A DNA stretch of 64,000 nucleotides from Antedon mediterranea (Eukaryota > Animalia > Echinodermata): positions 31,502,437 through 31,566,436 of the forward strand of contig NC_092672.1 in assembly GCF_964355755.1 (NCBI RefSeq), read 5' to 3'. Positions within the stretch are counted from its first letter, which is position 1. Each line of letters begins with the position of its first letter. This document shows positions 51,676 through 63,084 of the stretch, piece after piece. A program made the translations under genes and the position numbers. The notes under the pieces were generated by a model. That model saw only the letters and a list, made by a program, of their open reading frames with translations. It was not told the origin of the DNA and did no database searches.

Positions 51676-54596
51676 AATGGATATGAAAGGATTTTAAAAT
51701 TTCACAAAAAGGACTTTGTATGAATCCTTTTAATGTTAATAAACAGCACACAAAAAATTAGATTCAAATACCTAGTAGAAATTGAGAAATAAACAAATTA
51801 AATTTTGGTATAAAACGTCCGCAAAATGGCCGACCAACTGGCACGCCATCTTAATTTTTATGAACGTTCTATACGCACGTACGAGATCGTCAAATTTAGA
51901 GTTTGAAACACCCGGGGTTGTAGCCACGGCAGCAGTCGTTTTGTGATTGGTTAATGAATTTTAATACAGTCCAATCACCGCCTTGTCTCGTTCGCGGACT
52001 GTGTGGTGTAAACAAAATAAACAAACCCATGCTACACGAGACTCGCGTGTTGCAAGCTCCCTGTTGCTGCAGTCGTAGAAAATATCGATATTTCACAAAT
52101 CAATAAAAAGTTATGTCTGCAAAGATTGTACGTGAAAAGAAGAAAGTGTGTATTTGTACTTCTCACACTAAACCACTCACGCATACTACAAATTAGGCTA
52201 GGTCTAGTAGACTATAGTTTCTTCTAAATTCGCTAGTAGTAGTAGGCTAGGCCTACACATGGAGTTACTCCATGGCCTACAGTACAAGAGAGTAGCAGTC
52301 GCCGGTCCACCGACGAACCTCCAGGAAGTGGACAAGGCGCGGGCGTAGACGTATGTAAAAGGCGACGTAAATAAAAAAGGTAAGCTTGTGTTGAACTTGT
52401 TTTTGGCTCTGACTTTTGTTATTGACTAATATAGTAATATAATAATACTAATAATTAAAGTAGAGCAGAGGAGGTGAGGCCAAGAGGATTATTATAGTTT
52501 AGTTAGTAACTGTAGTGTAATTAAATAATAACCTCTTTCTGTTTGTTACCAAGTCATAAAATATAATACTATAGGGCCTAGAGGTAGGATTGAATAAAAA
52601 TAATAGTACATTTCCATCCATTTATTGGTCTTATCTTTGCAGATTTATGGAATCAACAGTACATGAGATGGCTTTGAAGAACTGTAATAGTACAGTACTA
52701 GTAATAAAATTGTAAACATCAAATTATATGGCAGAAATAGTGTGTGGAATGAATTTTATTGAACAAATGTATCATAATGAGTTTGGAACAAGCAGGATTT
52801 TTCAAACAGGACATAAATTACTTTTGAGACCTGAGTGATACATTTTAATTCTATCAACACCAGCCAGCTCCATCATATTCAAGAGATGGATTCTTTCATA
52901 AATGTCCATTGTACATAGTATTTGGCTAAATAAATAAAAAAAGAAGTACAGTAGTGGTTTATTTGTTTATATACCCAGACCCATTTAGATGGTTAAAAAC
53001 AAACACTATATGATGCACTGCTACTAGTGTACTGTCTGGTAGTACATTACCATAGTTACAGTATGACTGTAACCCTAGCGCTCGCGTCTAAAGAATTCTA
53101 TTATGCATATTTCACTATTCTTCATAAATATTTAGTTCTGTAATTTTAATTGTCTGCGCTCATTCTATACTTGGTGTCTTAGTATACTGCATAAATGTAT
53201 CGTGCAAGCATGATCCAAGTAGCATCTATTATAAAGTACTCTGGGTATCTTTCTATTCACCTGAAAAAAGGAAAATGAATAAGCACATGTTTATCTGCCC
53301 TCAAAACAAAATAATAATTTAGTATAATGTATTATGTAGGTTTGATCAACAGTTTAAAATAGCAATGCTCAGTATCTGTTACCTTAATATTATAATTTTA
53401 CTCTAACATTTGCGCTTCCATTCCAATCAATAAATACATTTGCTTATCCCGTCCATCAATTATCATAATTGCACTCCAATTATAGACCTGTAGGTAGGTA
53501 AAAATACAAATGAATTGTTTATTTACTGTATACTGTACTGTATATTGTACTGTATATGATACAAGCTGAAATACCCCTAACTAGGCCTGGCCTGTTATAA
53601 CCTTTATTACTACATTAGAGAAAATCCAACTCTATTCATTTTATTGGGAATCATAATATTTAGTATTCAGTGTTGCCTAGCCTACTAGCTAGTAGGGCGG
53701 CATGTAATAACAAAAAAATATTTTAATAATACGTTAGTCAGGACACTACAGCACACAACAATATTAATAAACGTACTTATAAATAATGTGTATATACATA
53801 ATACAGTAACACAATTGTGCCTACCATTAACACCCTCAACGATACATCAAGGAGCATACGCTCTCAGCTCACCTCTGGCCGGGCGACTAAACACCGTATC
53901 CAGCAGTCATCACTACTAAAAAGGCCTAGGCTAGGCCTAGCTAGCTCCAGGCCATGGCATTGTCAAACACCATTTACTCGTCCAACCGTTTCTTCAAAAC
54001 GATGTTAACACCCGTGTTAACAAGACGATGTGGAAGAATTTCCATCAATTTCAGTTAATTACAACGAAATAATAATAAAATGAATGTTTCAATAATACGT
54101 GTATAATAAATAGCGAAATAAACATCGCTCGCGAGGAGGGTCGAGAGAGAGGCCAAGGTGGTCGACTCTGTGATTCTCACGCATGCGCAAAATAACTCCG
54201 TGTACCCAGCAAGATAGGCATTTGGCTATGAATTTCGTAAAAGATGGCCTTGAAAAACGAAATTAAAATCCGTTTAAAAAAAAACTTGGTTGATAATATG
54301 AATTAATTTTATTCGATTAGGCTAACATACTTATCCAAGAATAAAAATATCAAAGCAATAAGTAATTACTACCATGCTTTTGCATCAATCAATGATTTAC
54401 TGCTAAATTCCTATCTCTGTAATACAAAAATAACTTTTAGTGACGTCACAAAAAGTTTTTCACAGGTTTCTCAGGGGCGTTTTGAGGGCGTTGTCGTCCT
54501 CCAAAACATTAAGTATGACTATGGCAAGCTTAAAACTGATTGATCTACACGTTGAGCCAATAAAATGATATTGCTAGGAACCCTTTCATATCCATT
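51676..54596. mobile_element. 2.9-kb non-autonomous or decayed DNA transposon with TTAA TSD (Kolobok-like)
   Basis: Perfect 15-bp TIRs AATGGATATGAAAGG / CCTTTCATATCCATT with TTAA on both sides. The empty site is reconstructed by the GPCR frame. RR..YY termini fit Kolobok better than piggyBac (CC..GG). Confidence 0.85.
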
Positions 54597-55509
54597 TTAA
54601 GGTAGAGTTACTCCATAAGAGGTAGTTCACGACCTCAAAGATGGTGATGCTTAAGCAGCCATCACAGACGATACTCGAAATTAGAAAAATGTGGTAAGGA
54701 GTCCAGCATATCACAAACACAGTCACCAGAGTTGTGAGTGTTACTGCCGCTTTTCGATGCCTTTTAAGCAGAGTTTGTGGATTTTCGGAGAAGGCAACGT
54801 TAGAGGCAGCAGAATTAATACCATGTGTTACAGGTTGGCTGCAATTACAGCTAGGATGTGTACGCGAACGTGTGCGTATTTCACGGTAAACAATAATGTT
54901 CAAATATACAATGATTTGAAGAGGTATCAAGAACACAATGAATACCATCAGCAAATTGTACGCCAGACTTTTTATCAATTCAATTTCGCAATTGTTTGTG
55001 TAGCTAATTATTTGTTCTCCTCTGAATTTCTCCCAAAATAAAATTGGAATTGCATAAAATGGTAAGAGTACAGCCCATGAGACAACAATCATTAAGGTAA
55101 CTTGCTTTGAAGTCTGAAATTGACGATATTTCAACTTCAGTTTTAACATCCAGTACCGATCCAAACTGATTAAGATGATACCGCAAATAGAAACAGCACA
55201 TGTCGAGTAGTCAATGATCAACCACATCTTACAGACGCCTTCACCAAATGGCCAATAACCAAACATTAGCCTCAGACTGTAAAGTGGAAACGAAAAAATG
55301 CCAGTTAATAAGTCAGAAACAGAAAGATTCAAGATGAACAAATTTGCTGGATTCAAACGAAGTGATTTTTCAGTGATGAAAGCAAGGATGACGAGACTGT
55401 TTCCAAAAATGGTCAATACAGATAAAATCCAGCATATCACGATTCCGCCAGACACATCCACAGTATAATCATCTGTCTGATTTCTTACATATGAAGAGAA
55501 TGGTTCCAT
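54597..55509 (-). pseudogene. Paralogous H3/H4-like GPCR, 5' part (TM1 to mid-TM7), interrupted by a transposon
   Basis: Highly similar to the 62-63 kb GPCR (YWPFGEGVCKMWLIIDY, LISLDRYWML). The reading frame runs into the transposon TIR after WSNSTL and stops (..KWI*). Confidence 0.9.
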
Positions 55510-56042
55510 TATGTGATTATAAAAATTCTCCACCTTTTATTTCAACAATATGCTAAATTAGCCTAATTAACTGTCCCATTTATAATGGAGGTGATCTACT
55601 TCAAAATTCTTCTTTTCATGGGGAAAGGGCTATTATCAGTTTATCCAGATAAGCAGGCACGAAATAGACAATCACATGAGAAAGTCCAGCAGTGATGTGT
55701 TCTCCAAGACTTATTTGCCCATTAGCAGGCCTGATGCTATTATCACCACGACCATACAATTCTTTGAATTATAAACGCAATTACGAACTTTGTTACGACA
55801 GATGCGTAATGAAAGATTTTAATAACATAATTATATTAGTAATTCACTTTTTATTCTATTATTTTCGTTGTGGTGTTGGTTATATCCAACCACCTATTAT
55901 ATCACTTTTTTTAAATGGGTTGGAAAATTTCCTTTCTCTTACCATAGTAACAATCGAATCAAAGCATCAAATAACACGACTAATTGGAGAAATCAATTTT
56001 GATTTTGTTTGATCAATAGAACTAGCCATTATAGATGATTAT

Positions 56043-56245
56043 TAGTGGAGCTTGGTGTTTAACATGCTTACCTTCCAATCCCAAGATTCAGGGTTCAATC
56101 CTGACCTAGTGCCAAGGTTGTAACTCACAACTTTTTCAACTCCACTCCTTAATTTTCAAATGAGACTTACATTATAAAATAGTTTATCCATCCCGTAATT
56201 GGCGAGTTACTTGCTGTTGGATGCGAAGAAAAGAAGATAAAAATA
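56043..56245 (+). mobile_element. tRNA-derived SINE, same family as 14600-14795
   Basis: Shares CCTTCCAATCCCAAG..GGTTCAATCCTGACCTAGTGCCA.GGTTGTAACTCAC and GCTGTTGGATG with the other copy. Confidence 0.75.
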
Positions 56246-59220
56246 TCTGATAGCATAGTATCACCATCTAATAATGAATTCATGATACTTCTCTGCAACA
56301 ACCCGATTGTGGTGTCGAATGGCTGAGAATTTTTATGTATCATTTTTTTGGACATTTTATACTGTATATTGCATAAAACTAAATTCTGAAAAAATTAACA
56401 GTCAAAAATATGCATTTCATATGACATATGACTTGAGTTAAATATCACAGCTATATGAGACATACAGTATATTTTGCAAAATGTTATATAAACAATTAAT
56501 TAAATGATATAGAAACAATACATTATATACAGATAACATCTTTCTCGGCACGCGATGTTCACAAGAACATAATCTTTAGAAACTGATAGTTCATATTAAA
56601 ACAAATAATCTATTGTACGAAACACAGTATATGATATTTTTAAATGCCCATTATTTATTAAATATCTCATATATTTATTATAGTAGAACTCCAATTACAT
56701 GGAAACTTTCTGGACCCAATAACATGTCCCCAGGGGGCTATCCTGAAAGGAAGGGATTCTACTGTAAAAACACTTATTTGGATGACAAAATGTAGTAAAG
56801 TAATAATGCTATAAATAATAGCAGTAAATTGCAGAAACTATTTACTGCCCTCTATATATCGTTGAGTATAAACACTTTTCTCTTCTGAAAACCCAATTAA
56901 AACATGACTACAATATCATGTTTGGATAACATAGTTAGGTGAATAGGGTGTGGTGTCCTATCAGGTCAGTTCAAAGGTCACGAGACTAAGTTAATTATGA
57001 AGGGAAATAATTATCTCATCCTCTTGTAACAATGTTTCTCTTTGTCTATGTAAAACCTTCTCTGTTCTATCATTTTTTGTTTTGTTTAGAGGTCATCAAA
57101 GGTCATTTATTCAAATTTGGTATGTTATTTTATATAAACTTTATATATTATAAAAAAAAAGTTTCATTTATTCCTCAACTGCAAAATATAATAATGTTTA
57201 AACTTTTTGTTTTATTACTTTATTTTAACATATTTAAATATTATATATTTGTACTGGTTGTATTTTAATACAACCAATTCTTCAACAAAAACATATTTTT
57301 CGTTTCATGGCAAAGAGTCCCCTTAATGGGGAGTGTCCCCTGAATAGAAAGCGTCCTATTTTAAAAAATGAAATTAATTGCAACCCGGTCTAAAAAAATA
57401 TCTTGACCTCGCCCCTCTTGTTTAATGGTCTAATTGAATAACATCATGAAAATAGACTAAATGAATGATGCTACATCTAAAAGCGAAAGTAATGATGTAA
57501 CAGACAACAAACACAACAGCTGAAAGATATGCTAATATATTGGATACTGATATAATTAGCATCTACGTTTTATATATTCCAACTTTCTTATTTTTAGGGC
57601 GACATGACCTTGGATTTTGAGCTGACTAATATGGGTTTGGTATTTTACTTTTCTGTTCAAACACATTACATTATAATGATGAATTATTTTAAATGTTATT
57701 TAATTAGCTTAAGATTATTCATTGCCAAACCTATATTTCAGTGACCTCAGTCAACATTATCTTACTGCAGTTACTGCAGTTAGTACATATTTTTAATGCA
57801 TTCATGTATTTAGTTTGATATTGCAAATATAAACACACTGTTTATATTAGTGTGTATGATTACTTATAAAAATCTTGCTAAATAATTGCACAAACAGGAC
57901 ATTCTGCCATAAAATCAATGGTCAATATATATGTTATAACACTACGGCCAACACCTATTCAGGAGACATGACACTTTGTTGAGGTCTAGTAGCCCAGGGC
58001 CCAGTTTTGTTGGGATCAAAACACCAAGTTCAAACTCTACTCTAGTCACAGAATCAGTTATCACCAGCAACATATGCATTATTATCCAAGTTCAACAATA
58101 AAATTCAAATTATGTTACTTACCAATTTAGCCAATAGAACCACTTGGCATAAAAAAAAAAGCACTAATTATAAATTCCTGTAAGAGCTAGAGTCTTCCAT
58201 TACATGTCTTATTGCCAAAACTACATGATCACTATGCTTTCCCCTGAGAGAGTGCGCTAGAAACAAGTTCATCCAACTCAATGATTCAGTGACTCAAAAA
58301 GTAAATGTTTCCAAAGAATTAGCAAGAGGGAATTTATCTGATGCCAAAAAAGGAAATTATAAATAGGGTCATCCAATTATTGAATTAATTTAAGACGACA
58401 GAAGCCAATTCAGAATTATATTTCGTGGTACAGAAGAAAGTTCCCAAATGTCCAACTAATCGTCTGAATATTAAGGAAATCTTGTATTGTTACCAAGTAA
58501 AATAATTTATATTGTTTTATGAAATGAAATACAGGAAATAAAGAATAAAAAAAAAAGAAATAGAAAATTTTGTGATATTTGATATAAACAATTTTCAAAC
58601 TCACATGTCTGAATTCTGTTGTTTTAGAAGGTTATTTTTGTATTTATTACATAATTACATTTGATTAGTTTAGTTGTTATAATGCGCGGTAAACATTGAA
58701 ATGCTGATTGTGCGAGGTATATTGTGATGAATTTAAATCTGTTAAACCTCCTGAGAAATTGTAAACTTAGGGGTTAAAGCGTCTTAGGTACCTTATGGTA
58801 TCTGGTAACCTTGTCTGTAATCACATGACTGTCACAAGGCCTGACCCTAATGCTTGTAATGAAAACTATTACATCATTGCAGGAAAGACATCATGACACA
58901 TCGTATATGATATTGCAATAAAATGTTTAAAATACTCATGGACAGAATGGGATCGGGGAAAATGAGACCAACCTATCAAACATATAAAGCTGGAACCAAC
59001 TTGTATGAAAAACTGCCCTTAGTCAACAGTGCCGATCCATGAAAACATTTTTTTTATAAAGAATATATATAAACACATTAGGTAAAGAACATTAATTCTA
59101 AACCGCCCGGTGATATATTATACTGAAATTTAATTAATTAATTTGAAACGATAAAGATGAGGAAATTTGTTAGAATGAGAAAAAGTCGCCCCAACCGAGA
59201 CTCTAACTCGGACCGCCTGC

Positions 59221-59346
59221 TAGATGCTGTAACTTACTTTCAAACATAAGTTTCTTTGAAAGTAAATTTAGTTATTCTATATATATATATATGACTAAAT
59301 TTACTCTCAAAGAAACTTATGTTTGAAAGTTAAGTTACAGCATCTA
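59221..59346. mobile_element. Palindromic MITE with (TA)n loop
   Basis: ~52-bp near-perfect arms GATGCTGTAACTT.. / ..AAGTTACAGCATC, flanked by TA. Confidence 0.75.
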
Positions 59347-60939
59347 CAGAGGGCGGCAAACCAATTTTATTACAAACTTGATAAAAATTGAAATTAGTTT
59401 TGATCTTAAATTGAATATACCGAACAATAAAATAATTAACTGTAGATTGTTTTGACGTTTCAAGCGACTGAAATGATGACTTTATGATTATGTAGGTCAA
59501 TTAAATTACTATTAAAGATCATTTGAAAGTGATAAAACCATGGAGTTTACTCCATGATAAAACCAAGCCTGTACAATTATGATATTAAGGTTCTTAACCA
59601 AATCTGAACAAATCTCACCTCTAGGCCATCGACAGATACACAGCTTGTTTTTGTGGAATCTGTAGGCGTGATACGGTCCGCTTTCAGCAACATTGCTTAA
59701 TATAAGTTCGGAATAGATTTTATTAATTCGTTTTACGTGTATTTATATAAAAGAAAATTAATATCTTACAGTCTTCCTCCTATGACCATGTTTACTCAAC
59801 AGGCTGCCATATAAACTATAAACGTTGGTGGCGCTCGTGAAAGCTCGTGAAGATGAAAGTGTATCTCCTTGATCAAATAAATTATATAGTTTATTACTCA
59901 TTACAAAATTAATGAAACAAATTAAAAATGTACATTGTTTACCATTTATTATAAAACAATTCTTACATAATTATAGGGCCTATACGAAAACGAGTCATTG
60001 AAACTAAATTAAACCATATACAGAAAAATGTTTTTAGGATGAATCACAAGGAACATCAAAAACATCTTCTTTCAACTGAACTCCACATACACATAAATGT
60101 CTACTAAATAGATAAATAGGTTTAGGTCTATACCGTAAATCTTCTTATTGTAACTCTGGGTTATTATTCTTTGATTGTTTTTTTAGGGTGGGTTAGCACC
60201 TGTAAATAGTAACCCACCCCAACAGCAACTCATAGCAATAATAAAACAGTACGAATAAACAAATTTGATTGAATTCTATTTTTATTTTATAAACTCAAAA
60301 ACACTCAATCCTCCATGCACCACTCCCGAGATCAACATGCATTATCTCCTTATTTTCAAAATATGGCTGCATAAAAAACGACCAGTCTTCATATGAAAAG
60401 AAAATATAAAATAAACGTAACCCCCATGGGGGACTATAAGAATAGTAGTGGGTGATTATTATAGATTGACTTATAAGGTGGGTTACTATTGGAGTGGAGG
60501 TTACTATTAGAAGATTTACAGTACATATCAGTAAGCAGTAATATAGCAATGTTAATCATTATTCTACTAAAGATCTGTACAAAAAGGTTAATCTACAAAA
60601 AAACAACAACACATATTGTGAGATAGTGTCACTAATGACCCTTAAAATAGCTTGATGATAGTAATTACGTTTTAAATTGTTTCCTTGCCAATGTATTAAA
60701 AAATATAACGCTAACTCAACGACGACCACCAGTCAATCAATGTACTCATCTTCGAAAATGGGAACAAGTACGAAACAATAATGATCGAATAAGTGTTTTT
60801 TTAAACTTTATAATTATAAAGTACATGGCGATTAGATATTTATGTTCTTCATTAATCATTTTTGGATGACAACTCATTTCCACTGACTGAATCAAGCTAT
60901 CGGTTTAGCGCAGTGTATTTGCGTTGTTATTATGTTCAT

Positions 60940-61470
60940 GCGCGTTTAAAGTCGTTACCAATAGTGTAGATGTTATGACCGAAAATATGCGCCATTTTGA
61001 AATCCAAGATGGCGCCCAAAAATGGTTTGAATATGGCCCTCAATTGGAATGTATTTTACTGATGATACTATACTGCTGATGATTCCAAACCTGCAAAGAA
61101 CTTAATTTGATGATTAAATACATAAAATGTATACATTAGGGAGGCCTATATACGTTTTTTTAATGGCGGTCATCTTGGAATAGAATATGGCTGCCATATG
61201 TTATTATTATAAATTGTACCATTGGACTGACTTATCATAATATTGTAAGATTTGTCACACAAATTACGTTCTTACGTGGTTTAAAATAGGAGCTAGGACT
61301 ACTATCAGTTTTGAGTTAAAAATAGGGGCCATTTTGAAATCCAAGATGGCGGCTAAAATAGGGTCGGGAAAAATTGGCCTCAGTTGCAATGAATTCTACT
61401 AGTCCTAAGGATTCCAAAACTGAACTTGAGCATTACAATCTCACGGAATTTATTTTTGGAACATTAGGTT
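60940..61470. mobile_element. DNA-transposon subterminal fragment with repeated GCCATTTTGAAATCCAAGATGGCG palindromic motifs
   Basis: The motif occurs at 60991-61014 and 61328-61351, with a variant at ~61163-61198. The element ends were not found. Confidence 0.5.
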
Positions 61471-61521
61471 CCTCAATAATATGTGGATATGTCTCTGTTA
61501 TTGCATAACATCTTTTTCTTA

Positions 61522-61700
61522 AGCGTGGTTCCCACTAGCGACGCAACACAAGGACGTAACGCAACGCAAGTGAATTGACCAATCACAAGCGATGGCTTAT
61601 TCGCTTGTGATTGCTAACTGTCTATAACTTCGCTTGTCATTGGTTAAAACGCTTACGTTGCGTTTACGTCCTTGCGTTACGTTCTAGTGGGAACCAAGTT
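61522..61700. mobile_element. MITE family A copy
   Basis: TTA TSD on both sides; reverse complement of 43459-43636. Confidence 0.88.
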
Positions 61701-62046
61701 TTACGGTATGATTCTCCAATCTTTCGTTTCGTATACGTTCTTGCGTTGGATATATACGATCGTTTCTTGTATACATTAGAGGCGTCTTCGTCTTTGTCGT
61801 TGCCTATCCGTATCCATTCTTGCGTTACGTATGGTATGCGTCTCCGTTATTTCGTTGCGTTTACGTCTTTGTTCTTGCGTTATGTACAGTATAGGCTGAC
61901 GTATTGTGTTACGTATGCGTCTCTGTTCTTTCGTTGCGTTCGGTATACTTTCTCCAACCGTGCTTGTCAGATACATAGATATTTTCAGAAACTTTATTAC
62001 ACAATACATGATTTTTTAAATGTTGTTTTCCCCCAAAAATGTATAC

Positions 62047-63084
62047 TTATAGACCCAATGTTTGTTTGAAATAGTTTAAACCTAGGAATTTGTAAAACAC
62101 TTCTCTAATTTTAGGATTTGTGAGGGCGTAAAGGAATGGATTGAGGGCAGAGTTGCTCCACAAGAGGTAATTCACGAACTCCCAGAGGGTGTCACTTAAA
62201 CAGTCATCACAGACGATACTCCAAATAAGCACAATGCAATAAGGAGTCCAGCAGACAATAAAAGCAGAAACTAAAACCGCGAGAGTTACTGCAGCTTTTC
62301 GATGTCGCTTAATCAAATTTATACTCGTATTTACGTGTTTTCGTGTAGAACCTGTGATCGATTGACCTGCACTGATCGATAAATGATTGTCTGCAACCCG
62401 AAATAATGATTGGTTGTTATTGATGGGATTTGTGCGCGTACGATGACGTATCTGCGTATATACAATTGTATTTAAATATATTATGATGAATAACGGAATT
62501 ACAAACTCAACGAATACAATTATCACATTGTACGCCATACTTTGTTCTGATTCCATTTCACAATTATCTGAATAATCTATTATTTTTTTACCCGTAAAGT
62601 TTTCCCAGAATAAAGTTGGAATTGCGTAAAATGGTATGATAACAGCCCACGAGATAAGAATCATAACGGTAACGCGTTTTGTAGTCTGAAATTGACGGTA
62701 TTTCAACTTAATTGTTAACATCCAGTATCGATCCAAACTGATTAAAATAATACCACAAACAGAAACAGCACATGCCGTGTAGTCAATGATCAACCACATC
62801 TTACAGACGCCTTCACCAAATGGCCAGTAACCAAACATTAGCCAAAGAGTGTTAAGCGGGAACGAGAAAGCGCCAATGAAAAAATCAGCAACAGGCAAAT
62901 TTAAAATGAACAAATATCCTGGTTTTGAATGAAAAGATGTTTCTGTTATGAGCACAAGAATGACGAGACCGTTTCCGATAACGGTTACAATAGACAAAAT
63001 CCATAGTATTACAATTCCTCCATTCACAATTAAAGTATCGTCTTCGGTTTGATTTCCGGCATCGTAATTGAAGGACGATTTCAT
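62047..63084 (-). CDS. Intronless rhodopsin-family aminergic GPCR, histamine H3/H4-like (~345 aa)
   Basis: Seven hydrophobic helices with GN (TM1), WPFG..C, D3.32 (WLIIDY), DRY, TM5 VEFVIP, CWTPY and LLWSNSALNPFLY. ATG at 63084 is followed by an N-glycosylation sequon NQT. Confidence 0.93.
   Translation of the reverse strand: MKSSFNYDAGNQTEDDTLIVNGGIVILWILSIVTVIGNGLVILVLITETSFHSKPGYLFILNLPVADFFIGAFSFPLNTLWLMFGYWPFGEGVCKMWLIIDYTACAVSVCGIILISLDRYWMLTIKLKYRQFQTTKRVTVMILISWAVIIPFYAIPTLFWENFTGKKIIDYSDNCEMESEQSMAYNVIIVFVEFVIPLFIIIYLNTIVYTQIRHRTRTNPINNNQSLFRVADNHLSISAGQSITGSTRKHVNTSINLIKRHRKAAVTLAVLVSAFIVCWTPYCIVLIWSIVCDDCLSDTLWEFVNYLLWSNSALNPFLYALTNPKIREVFYKFLGLNYFKQTLGL

Noticed and set aside
54586-55533. 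Complete 315-aa GPCR as given by the ORF track
   Set aside because: The start is a GTG upstream of the likely ATG, and the last residues come from the transposon TIR. The true tail is at 51571-51675.
18691-55670. Giant 37-kb element bounded by two inverted DIRS relic termini
   Set aside because: No ICR or supporting internal sequence next to either relic; independent relics are the simpler explanation.
61611-62069. 152-aa plus-strand ORF
   Set aside because: Runs through a MITE and degenerate TTGCGTTACG repeats.
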